Origin: the human T2T-CHM13v2.0 reference genome, Homo sapiens
DNA: 64,000 nt
Strand: one strand, 5' to 3'
NCBI RefSeq assembly: GCF_009914755.1
Contig: NC_060943.1
The position numbers and the translations under genes are program-made. The notes below the pieces were generated by a model, which worked only from the letters and a program-made list of their open reading frames with translations, was not told where the DNA came from and searched no databases. Below are positions 1 through 12,698 of this stretch, in pieces; positions within the stretch are counted from its first letter, which is position 1; each line of letters starts with the position of its first letter.

Positions 1-130
1 CCCCTATCATCCCCTCCACTGCCAGAGACAGTCCACCAGGGCAGCCAGCCAGTGCACCCGTCCCTCTGTGGCATAAAACAATCTGCCTGCCAGGTCTTCA
101 TGGAGCATCTTTAAAGGAAAGTTTATTTTA

Positions 131-586
<456 letters not shown>

Positions 587-1105
587 AAAAATTAGCATTT
601 TTAGAAAGTCAGTATCAGTATTACTCAATGTGATGAGAAAAACTCAAGCTTATTCATTACCCCTGAAAAATCTGCCAGTGAGAAGACACAGAATGGATGA
701 GGTTGGGCAGCCCTCGTCCACCTCCTGATGGGCCCTTTGGTCACAGCTGTGCTAGGCAGACCTCCAGCCTGGGTCCAGCAAGCCACCACCCCCAGGCTCT
801 TGGTCAGGAGATAAGTCAATGTCTCTGTTAGTGACAGAGCTTACGCAAGGGGAAAGGAACACAAACTGCACAGGGGAGACACTGAGAGCCAAGTCCAATG
901 ACGCACACATACTCGGTCCTATGTCATCCCACACCTGGGCCCCACCTCATCACACGGGCTCTATCCCCAGCCGTGCTCCAGCCCTCCAGCTGTCTGTGAC
1001 CTCACAGTGTTACAGTCACCAGGTGCTGGGTCCCAAATAGGCCTCAGACAAAAAAACAGCAGATGGTTTCTGGATGGTGTTTCCTGGGCTGTCAAGGGGT
1101 GGTGG

Positions 1106-1664
1106 TGAGGCAGGAGAATAGGGTCGGGAGGCGTTAGGGCTTTTTCATGCTGACTTCCTAGAACTAAATTGAAAGGAAAACCCTAACTTTCCACACCTAA
1201 GTAACAAAGGACCAGAGGCTGCTCCCTTTGCAAACCCCCCCTTTTTTTTGAGGCAGATGGGAAATTGAAAGTACCTCTGATTGCAAGTAGAGTCTTGGTT
1301 TGCAAAGAAACGCAACTTTGTAACTTCACTTTAGCCTCTGATTGGTTGCAGAAGTGAAGTTACAAAGGTTGCTTTCCACAACCAATCAGACTGATGGCAG
1401 GCCACCACTTCATTTACACCAGGCGAGCACCAAGTGGCCAATGGGAAACCTCCTGGGGGTATCTGGACCTGAGAAGATTCTGTCACTAGGCCTTGAGACT
1501 CTGCTCAGCCGGCTCCCACACTGTGGAGTGCACTTTCATTTTCAATAAATCTCTGCTTTCATTCTTTCGTTGCTTCATTCTTTCCTTTGTGTGTTTTGTC
1601 CAATTCTTTGTTCAAAATGGCAACAACCTGGACAACTTGCAGTCAAGACCCTCTACGGATAACT
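1106..1664 (+). mobile_element. ERV1 solo LTR, MER51-like (antisense to PEPD)
   Basis: Starts TGAGGCAGGAGAATAGGGTC; several CCAAT/ATTGG boxes; AATAAA 1544-1549; ends ...GACCCTCTACGGATAAC. Confidence 0.8.
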
Positions 1665-3202
1665 GGGGGGCGGGGGGGGGGGTGTTGTGGGTGCCAAGGA
1701 TAATGTGCCTGGAGAACCCCACGGAACACGGTGGAGGGAGAGAACCTTGGGACTTGGAGGTGATGAACTTCACGAGTGAGCTCCTGAACTGGTGTCCTAT
1801 GTGCCATTCTCAGCCTTTGTGACACTAAGGACCAGCATCACCTGCAGGAAACAGAATCTGCTCCTCTCTCTGAGTCCTCCACCACTTCCCTCCCCACCCA
1901 AACCAGGAAGTACTGGCCACAGGGCCCAGGGACGGCTGCAGGGAGCAACAACAAGGAGCACTGAGGGCCCGGGAGACGCTGGTCTCACCGTAATCAATGG
2001 ACTGCTCAGTGCAGCCCACAATGCCCTTTGCTTTCTCTCCCTTTTGGCTTCTCTGAAATGATCACGGGGTATCAAGCTCCTGCTGTTAATTAAATTTGCA
2101 TGATTCAGTCACATTCACTTGTGCATTTGAGACAGGACTCAAAAGTTAAATGGCCAAGGTCTGACACCTCCATTAGCACGGCCTCGAGCAGTTATGGGGC
2201 ACGAATTGATGACGAGCGCCTCGCCTGGACTCCGGAGGCCCCAGACGCAGGGCTTATTGTGCAGCTGGCTCAAGGGAAGCCTACAGACCCTTTGCTACTG
2301 AGCAACCACACTCTCAGCACCGAGTTGACCCCACAGCCCGGCACAAAAGCAGGTGTCAGAAATACAAAAGGCAGGGCCATCAGCGAAATGCGTGGCTGGG
2401 ATCAACACATCAACTCGGACTTTCTGGCTCCATAACAAACACCCTGCGTCCCTCAGTTGTTCCCAGCTCTGCCTCTAGCCCCCTCCCTTCATTGCCTCCA
2501 GCTGTGACAGGAGTGGAAGGCAACCTCACAGCAGAGTGGGGAAGTACAAAGGATCTGATTTTGAGGCCAGCGCCCTACAGAGGGGCATCTCAGCCATCAG
2601 TGTGGCACCTGACCTTGTCACTTCCACTCCCGTTATGGGCCTGAAACCTCCCAACTCACCCCAACTGTGCAGAGGGAAGCCACCAGGAAATGCATTCCCG
2701 CCCCTCCTGCCAAAAAGCGCCTCCCAAGCCAGAGGTCTGGTTCTCAACAGAAGAGCCATTCGACAGATACAACCTGAAAAGCTGCAAGCAGCTTTTCTGG
2801 CAACTGTGCATTGCATTCTCTTTTAAAGGGCAGAGATAATTAAGTTTAGATAGTACTTATTTTTCATGTTTGGGGGCTAATTATAGTAAAAACCATTTAA
2901 ACGTCATCCTAAGGGATATGCGTGCCAGACTCCCACGTCAAACCAGCCACCGAAGGCTTGGCAGCCATGATTTGGTGGGGTTGATGAGAAAAGAAGAGGT
3001 GTGGCCACACAAGCCCTGCAAAGCTGGCTGGAGAGGCCCCTGAGGGGCTCTGGACTCCCTGAGGCCAGGCTGGCCAGGGCAGGAGGCAGCCACTCAGAGG
3101 GAGGGCCTGCACCCTGCCCTGTGGGGAGTCTGGGGTCCAGCAACGGTACTTCATGTCAGGCCCCATCGCATGGGAAGTCTGGATGGAAACAACCAGACTG
3201 GA

Positions 3203-3500
<298 letters not shown>

Positions 3501-4369
3501 AATTACTGGACTGGGGAGGATGGGTCAGCAGAGAAGCTGCTGTCACCCCACACACACTCCCCTCAAATGCCAAGGATAGCTTTGGGAGGAGAGAGGAGAA
3601 GTCCTCCTACCCAAAGGGGCTCTCGTCCTCCACAGGGGTCAGCATCCAGGGACCCCAGTTGGGCCCTGGCATGGATGAGAGAGGCCTTTCCCAGTCCCCG
3701 GAGTCAAAGCCCATGACTGCACACTCTGCAGTGACTGCCAGCAACTGTGGGGGCCACGGGTGGGAAGGAGACATTAAATTAATGCCACACAGTGCAGACA
3801 CGAGGAGCCCTCTAGAAAATGAAATTTCAAAAAGCAGGTCTTGCTGGCTGGCTGACCACCTGCATGCGATTAATGAATAAGTAACAGGGCCAAATTACAG
3901 CCATCACCATCCATTTCCCGCGGCCCGGCCTGCCTTCAGCTACAAACAATGCTGCCTCGCCGACTCTCACTCTGCTCTCCACAGAAGGCAGCGGCATTTG
4001 CTCTGCGGTGGAAGCCGGCAGCCATCTGAGGATGTTAGCTGGTCAGAGACAAAAGCAGACCTCGCCACAGTGACGCAGGTGCCTATGCCCAAAGACCACT
4101 CCCGGAGCAAGCTTCCTCGCAGGGGCCACAGAGGGAACAGCGCTGCCCGGGAGGCTGGAGACCAGGTCCAGTGACCAGGCCTGCCCAGGGTCAGTGCCTC
4201 AAACCACCCGGGCAGCAGCCGAAGGAGCTCCTCAGCCCCTTCTCAGAGGCCTGCACGGCAAAGAGGGCCCCCGACACCCTGCCAATCACAAGGAGCGTGG
4301 GAGGGAGGCACCAGAGAGGCTGGGGAAGCCTCGATCCTGGGGACACTTAGTGGGGCAGAGCTGGGAAAA

Positions 4370-5840
4370 ACACACAACACACAACACACAACACACCCTC
4401 ATCACAAACACCCTACACAACACACACACCTGCACACAACACGGCACACTCACACCCACCACACCCCATCACAAACACCCTACACATTATTTACTCACAC
4501 ACCCACACACCCACATACACCCTCATCACAAACACCCTACACACTACACACACCCACACACAACACAGCATACTCACACCCACCACACCCCATCACAAAC
4601 ACCCTACACACTACTTACACACCCACACATACCCTCATCACAAACACCCTACACACTACACACACACCCAATACACCACACTCACACCCACACCCCATCA
4701 CAAACACCTTACACATCACTCACACACCCTCATCATACCCTACACACTACACACACAACACAGCACACTCCCACCCACCACACCCCCATCGCAAACACCT
4801 TACACACCCCTCAGACACCCACACACACCCTCATTACACCCTACACACACATCCACACACAACACAGCACATTCACACCCACCACACCCTACACAACACT
4901 CACACACCCACACACTCTCATCACAAACACCCTACACACTACACACACACCCACACACAAGACAGCACACTCACACCCACTACACCCCATCACAAAAACC
5001 CTACACACTACTCACACACCCACTCTCATCACACCCTACACACTACACACACACCCACACACAACACAGCACACTCACACCCACCACACCCCATCACAAA
5101 CACCTTACACACCACTCACACACACACCCTCATCACACCCTACACACTACACACACCCACACACAACACACTCACACCCACCACACCCCATCACAAACAC
5201 CCTACACAACACACACCCACACACACCCATACACACCCTCACATGCACCCTACACACCACACACACAGCACACACACACTTCCATCACAACCTACACACC
5301 ACACACACTCCCATCACAAACACCCTACACACCACACATGCCCACTCACAACACAGCACACACATGCCCACACACACTCCCTCACATGCACCCTACACAC
5401 CTCACACACCCACACACAACACAGCACACACACACTCCCATCACAACCTACATACCACACACCACACACACACCCATCACAAAAAACCTACACACCACAC
5501 ACACACCCCATCACAAACACCCTACACACCACACACACAAAACACAGCACACGCACACCCACATTCACCCCTCCTCATAAACACCCTACACACCACACAC
5601 CCCCATCACAAACACCCTACACACCACAAACACAGCACATGCCCCCCCCACACAACATACTCTACATGCATCACACACCCCCAACATATGTCCTCTCCAC
5701 ATCACATCCATACGTACCCACCCCTCCACATGCACCACACCACACACAGGTGTGCACTCCATATGCACACACAGCCCCCCACACATACACCATGCATGTG
5801 CAAACCCTCCCACCATACCCGCATCCATCTCTCACACAAG
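4370..5840. repeat. ~1.45 kb CA-rich degenerate minisatellite / low-complexity tract
   Basis: Recurrent units such as CATCACAAACACCCTACACAC and ACACAACACAGCAC; almost no G on the + strand. Confidence 0.95.
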
Positions 5841-7132
5841 ATGTGGGTATGGCCCTGGGAAGGCTGAGCGCCCCTCCCTGCATACCCAGAGCCGGGGACG
5901 GAATGCGTTACAAAGGTTCCAGGAGGGTCCCCCGACCTGGTCAAACTGGCTCCCCAACTCTGGGCTCCGAAGCTGCCTGGGGCGCTGACTCACAGAGGCC
6001 CACAGCCAAAGCCACCCTCCACTAAGCCCAACTCCGATGAAAAATGATGGGAAATGCTCTCACATCAAAAAGACACCACACACTATTGTTAGCAGAGACT
6101 CTGAATAAAAATGCATTCAGAGCTACCACCCTCCCCATCCCAGAACAGGCCTGGGGTGAGGAGTGGGCCGGCTTCAGGCTGCCCACGGCCCCTGGCGTCT
6201 GCAACCCTGACAACAGCAAGACCGTTTCCACAGGAAGCGGCAGATCCTGCAGACGGGGGTGTCGTTTCCCTGGGCGACTTTGGATTGCAGTATCTGCCAG
6301 ATGGATTTTCAAAAACCATCAGATAGGGACTCAAAAGGAAGCTGAGGAGCTGAAGGTCAAATGTGAAGTCTGGTGGGTTTTGCTTGCAAAGGCCAGGTAC
6401 TCCCGTCAGCCTCGCTCCTGGTGCCCTATTGATTCCAGGAGCGGCTGGAAGCAGCCATACGCAATCAGATCTGGCCACTCCCCAGCTCCAGTCCCACATA
6501 GTCAACCCCGCCACCACTGCTCTGTTACAACTGAGCCTTCTCTCCTGAGGGCTCAGGATGTGGAGACTCAGACAGGGTCACTCCAGGACAGTGGAACGGA
6601 GAGGCCTGCTCGGGGTGGCTGTGGTAGGGAGCCAGGACAGCAGGACACAAGGCTCTACCTCTCAGCTATGGGGCCAGATGCCCCCTCGGGACCAAGGCTG
6701 CCTGATCTGACCTGCCCAGCATGTACACAGCCTTTTCCAACAGGGGAGACCCCTGTTGGAAACCCCTGGAAACCCCAGGTGGGGCCCTGTTTAGCCCCTG
6801 ATCAGACCCTCCCTGAAGCTGTTTCTCCTTCTCTGTCCATCCCCACATCTCACAGAGGAGGCATCCGACCTGACTGCTGAGCTACTTCTCTGAGCAGTGG
6901 GACATGTCAACAGGCTCTGAGCCAGCAGTGAGGGCCATGAGGAGGCGAGAGGGCAGCCAGGTCAAAACTGCAGGTGTCACCCGGAGCCAAGGGTACCCTG
7001 GCACAGGGGCCCTTGCTCGTCCTGAGTCGTGCCCCTTGCAAGAAAGGCTGAGGCCACAACTCTGCTCTGGGTAGAGAGGGGATGCTGGGAGAATCCTCCT
7101 GCAGAAAGCAGACCTAAACTCTTCGTCACTGC

Positions 7133-7585
7133 TGTCCCAGTTACAACGGCTGGGGAATAAACGACTCCAACACTTAGTGGAGTGCAAAACCACCAATCAT
7201 GTTCATGGACTCTGAAGGTCGGGAATTTGGACCGAGCCCCGAGAGGACAGCAAAGCTCTGCTCCACATCTAGGACCTCAGCAGATGGAAGGCTGGGCCTC
7301 ATGCACGCTGGCGGCTGGTGCTGCTGGCGGCTGGGGTCCCCCTATGGGGAGTCTGCGCTTCCTCATGATGTGGCGGCTGGGTTCCCAGGGCAAGTACCCC
7401 ATGGGAGAGAACCAGGTGGAAGCCACAGTGCAGTTTACAGTCTAGCCTCAGACGTCACACAGCAACACTGCCACATCCGTCATGAGGCCCAGACCTGGGA
7501 CAGGCAGAAGGGAAATAGATGTCACCTGCAGACAGCGAGTGTCCAGAAACACTGCTGTGGCCATTTTTGGACAAGACAATCTGCC
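7133..7585. mobile_element. Old MaLR LTR (MLT1-like)
   Basis: Degenerate MLT1-type start (tgtcccagttacaacggctg...cttagtgg) and end (tgtggccatttttgg...atctgcc). Confidence 0.55.
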
Positions 7586-8913
7586 TCCTGGAACCATCCC
7601 TGCCTCATGTCAGTGTCAGAGATACAGTGGCCAGCACTGTAACTCCAGTCCTGGGGGGCCTCCAGAGCAGCATCACAGAGAAGGAACTGGAGCCCCAAAC
7701 ATGACCAGACCCACTTGCAAGCCCCACGGCCTCTCAGAAGCCACACTTAGCCAGCAGGCAAGCTCAGCCTCCAATTGCAGCTCCAGCAAGACCTGGCTGC
7801 AGGATCTGCACAGGTCACACCAGCACGCTGAGTCATCTCCTCTTTTGTAACAGGGCAGTCATAAGGATTCCACCGGGAATGGGATAAAGGTCGACAATAA
7901 AGATCACGACAGGATGGGAAGGCATTGTCAGGCCAGGGCCTCCGAGGGGCAGCCCGGCAGAAGCCCCAAAGGCAGTTGGCCCGGGTGTGTCCACTCCGTG
8001 CCCTTCTTCCCAGGGGCCGAGCCAGGAGACCACCCCCAGGAGAAACAGTCCCCTTTTCTTCTGCTGCCAATTGTGCTCCAGGCTGAGTCCTGCCCAGCAA
8101 AGATCCCAGTCTTGCCAGGCTGGGATCCTGCCAAGTGGCCTAAGAGCAGAATGATTACCAACTTGTAAGCCTGAACCCCTCTCCCTGAGACAGCAGGAGC
8201 AGCACACACCATGGCCAACGAAGGCAGAAACGGAGTCTGCACTGAAGGGAGGGTAGCACTGGAAGCAGGGGAAGCTCCACTGTGGCCCCAGTCCTCAGCA
8301 GAGAGCCCAGTCCCTGTGGCAGCCAGGGGCCTTGTCACTCAAACCAGCCACAGCCTCTGCAGCCCACCTGGTAATGAGCATTCTGGGGCACCAGGCAGCA
8401 AAGGCTGCAATTTATACATTAGCCCAGAATAATCACTCTCCAGGCGGAGATGACACGCAGTGAGGCAGCCAGCATTTAGCGGGATCCTCTGATCACCTCA
8501 AACCTCCCTGGTTAAGTACAGTGTCCGCCCTGGCACCACTGAGCAGGCAGAACAGCTCCTCGGCGGTGGGGAGTACCTGGAACAGCAGGCACCATGGAGG
8601 GTGGAGGAGGGTGCCCAGCAGCCCGAGCCTCTGCTCTATCTCACAGGTGAGCCGGGAGGGCAGGACCTGCGCTGCGTCCAGAGGAAGGCAGCAAATAACA
8701 CACCCAGCATATCAGCGATGGGCCTCAGAGAGGCGGTTCCCCGATCCAAACCCAACCCACCACCCTCAGGCACGCACAGGGCCATGCCACACCTGTCGAT
8801 GCCATGCAGGAGTGACGGCCTCGCAGGGCCAAACCCTCAGGCATTTTCACAGACGGAGAAGCTAGAATTTCAGGATTAACAAACTGCACTTCTAAACAAA
8901 CAAGGCCCCCAGT

Positions 8914-9533
8914 TGACAGGGCTCTGATGAGTGGAGGAACACCAGGGTTCTTGGTCTCGAGTTGAATTAGAGAAAACGACATGGACACACGTGGAGTGGT
9001 TTTAAGGAGCGGAGAGTTTAATAGGCAAGAAGGAAGGGAGAAGACAGAAGGAAGAAGCTCCTCCATATGGAGACAGAGGGAGGGGCTCCAAAGCCAAAAG
9101 AGGAGGTCCCCAAGTGCAGTGGACACCAGCCAAGTATATATGCAGAGGCTGGAAGGGGCGATGTCTGATTTACATAGGGCTCAGGGGATTGGTTTGACCA
9201 CGCATGTTATTCACATAGCCCACTAAAAAGCTGGCTCTCCCACCCTAGTCTTTTAATATGCAAATGCAGGGAGCCATGGATGTTCTACACATGTGGGGAT
9301 ATTTGGGGATGTTCTACACATGTGGGGCGGCCATGTTGCCAGGAACATGTGAGGCAAGGGTAAGAAGGCCTTGGGAATTGCCATGTTGGGTGGACCCAGT
9401 TTCTAATGGCCTGCATTTGCATATCAAAGGTTGCCGGCCTGGCTCTAGGAGCTGGGGCTTTACCAGAAAACTTCCCAAGGACCCCTTTTCCTCTCTATCT
9501 ACCTAAAACAATTTCTCAATAACTCCTACCACA
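8914..9533 (-). mobile_element. Complete ERV1-class solo LTR (620 bp), subfamily uncertain, sense to PEPD
   Basis: TG...CA termini (minus strand TGTGGTAGGAGTTATT...CCTGTCA); 4-bp TSD CAGT at 8910-8913 and 9534-9537; ATTAAA on minus strand at 9017-9022. Confidence 0.88.
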
Positions 9534-9745
9534 CAGTCATACTCCAGCTCTAACATCCCTTCCCAGCCAAGGGTGCAGGGCTCTGGCGAGAGGCAGGCTG
9601 TGACAGCCCTGACCGCATGCCCTTCCTCCTGCAGCTCTTCCCTCCTCCCCGTCCCCAGGCCCAACCCAGCTCTCTCATCCCACCTCCCCTACCCACCCCC
9701 AGCCCATGGTTGGTAGCCATGGTGCCCTGGCCAGGCTGCTCCTTA

Positions 9746-9892
<147 letters not shown>

Positions 9893-10869
9893 CTATTGTT
9901 AGCCAGTGGAACATGAGGTGCAAGGAGGGACCGGTGGCTGCATCACAGCACCCTAGAGAGCCAGCTCAGACCGACAGCCTCCTGTAACTGACCCCAGCCC
10001 CAGACATCCCTTCCCCTCAGCACTCGACTCCCCAGCTCATCCTCCCGTAGTTTGGCAGGGGGCAGCCTGGCAGCTCCTCTACCCTGCTGGGAGCCCTCCC
10101 TGATGCTGTGTCAGGCATGTGCCTGAGTCCACCTGTATCCCCACCCCCGGGCCCACAACAGGGCGTCCAGCAGCACCACACGTCCAGCTCAACCCTGCCT
10201 CTCTGCCACGTGCAGGCAGGCAAGACGCCCCCCGGATTCTGACGCCCAGGCCGGATATCTGCACAGAAATGGATTCCTCCATTTAAGACTTCTTACTTCC
10301 CTCTCCCACCCCCGGGACGGCTGATGACTTCAGTGTTTAGGGATGAATGCTGCGCTAAAAGGACGTCATAAAGGTATGGTGGAGGAGGATCTCTTCCAAA
10401 ATTAGCCTTGCATACCATCAGAAAGGGAGCCAACAGCTGAATTTAGGAAATCGGTTTTTAAGCCGCAGAGTATTTAAACCTGGAGAAGCATCAAGACTAG
10501 CCAGAGAAAACTTATTTAGACCTCCATGTTTCTCACAGCCATGGGATTGCAGGCTTGCAGCTGCGCGAACAATGGAGTGGAGAGACGGGACCCTTCAGGC
10601 AGGAGGTGCTTTTAGTAAAGAAAAAACACAGTCTGCGGTCGCTCAGCAATGGGTCTCAGCCCATCTGTGGCCTGCTGGGGCGACAGGGTCCAGCTAGGGA
10701 AGCCACGCCTTCCCATATCCTCTCCACACTCAGCTCCCCTTCGCATTCCCATCTCTCCTCTTGCCAGGATGCTGCATGGACACATTCCCTAGGCTCTGCC
10801 TGCCCCAGAGAGGTTCTGAAGTTCCTGCTGTGGTCAGGCTCCAGCTCTGGGCATGGCAGCGGGGAGAAA

Positions 10870-10990
10870 ACAGCACTAGATTTAGAGTTGGAAGACAAAG
10901 TTCTAATCCCAGCTCCACCTCTTGGCAAGTCATTTCCCCTCTGAGCCTCAGTTTTCTCATCTGCAAAATGGGTATAATGCTAAGATGTGT
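10870..10990 (+). mobile_element. MIR. Other MIR-like pieces at ~21400-21510, 26690-26860, 27250-27470, 40600-40780, 43310-43460 and 61410-61470
   Basis: MIR core ggcaagtcatttcccctctgagcctcagttttctcatctgcaaaatggg. Confidence 0.8.
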
Positions 10991-11257
10991 GAAAGTGGGC
11001 CCAGCTCAGAGCCTCACAGTCTTCCTGGGTGGGTGTCCTCATGTTCCTGTGCCTGGGGACTGAGTGCCGCCAGTGACTCTCAGCCATGGCCACCATGGCC
11101 AGGCTGGTTTCCTGCAGCTGGGCCACCCGCTGCCCCACATCTTCAAGTTCTACATCTTCAAGGAGCCCCTGGACCACTTCCCAGGCGAGGAAACAGAGGC
11201 TCAGGGAGGGCCACAAGGGGCAGCACTGGCCAAGCTGGGGCCTCCAACTCCTGCTCA

Positions 11258-11605
<348 letters not shown>

Positions 11606-12589
11606 TCAGCACGGGGCAAGCTGCCCAAGCTCCACCTACTTATGACCCAGAAACAGCCCCTCACTGATCCCCCTGAGGACCACAGGGGCTTGTCTCCCCT
11701 CCACCACCCATGCTGTCCTGACTCCACCCCCCTGCTCCTCTGCCCCCCAACCAACTGCCCAGCAGGCCACAGTGACCCCACGCTCCCGAATCTGCAGCAG
11801 GTCCCCAGTCCTCACTGGCCACTTGGTGCCCATGACCCTGGGGGCCACTCTCTCTGCGGAAACCTTCTCCAACAGCAGCCGGTCCAGGCTCCCTACCAGG
11901 CAGGCCCCTGGCTCCCGGCTCAACCTCCCTGCTAGAGGCCAGCTTGGCCCAACCCTGGGGCCTCTTCCCTAACTGGCTCCCTCCCTCAGCTCAGCTGAGC
12001 TTACCCAGTCCTTCAGCTCAAAGGACCATCTGCATCTGCAGACTGATGATGTCCAGCTCCAGACTCACAGACCCATCAGCCACCCTCAGCAGGCAGAAGA
12101 TGCACCTGAACCAAAGTCGCTCCTCCCCAGCCTCCCCCGACACAAAGCACCTGCACCTGGACAGTCCCAAAGGCCATCCTGGCCTCCTATCTCATCCCAC
12201 CTCCTGGCCACCAGCAAGGTCTACCCTCATTGCACATCCCCATCCCCAGGGCCACCTCCCCATGTCCCGTCTGGACAACTGCAGGCAACTCTCAACGGTG
12301 CTCTTGGCCGCAACTTCCCCGTGGCCTGGTCTGCACCTTCTGCCAGAAGGGCCCTTTCAAAATGCCAATCCCAGCACACACTCCCTGCCCAACCCCGTGC
12401 CAGCTGGCTTCTCTGAGTGCAGACTTCACTCCCCAGCCACAAGGGATCCAGACCCCCAGTTCACCCTTGGCTTCCTCTACTGTGGCACGGGCATCCTCGC
12501 TCTTCCCTAAACCCCCAGAACACTCCAGCCTTTGCCGCTGCGGCGCCCTGTGGGGAATGCTCTTCCCAAGGGCATCCCATGCCCTTTTA

Positions 12590-12698
12590 CCCAGCCTCTG
12601 CAGAAATGCCCCTTTCCTACCCACCCCAGCCTCTGCAGAAATGCCCCTTTCCTACCCACCCCAGCCTCTGCAGAAATGCCCCTTTCCTACCCACCCCA
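12590..12698. repeat. 35-bp tandem repeat, 3 perfect copies
   Basis: CCCAGCCTCTGCAGAAATGCCCCTTTCCTACCCAC starting at 12590, 12625 and 12660. Confidence 0.97.

Noticed and set aside
4194-6025. 557-aa and 260-aa His/Thr/Pro-rich ORFs
   Set aside because: Translation of the CA-rich tract, which lacks stop codons by composition. Antisense within a PEPD intron.
6044-6880. 278-aa ORF on the + strand
   Set aside because: No recognisable domain or splice structure. Antisense, intronic and GC-rich, so consistent with chance.
12590-12698. 35-bp repeats resembling a CRISPR array
   Set aside because: Head-to-tail copies with no spacers, in eukaryotic DNA with no cas genes.
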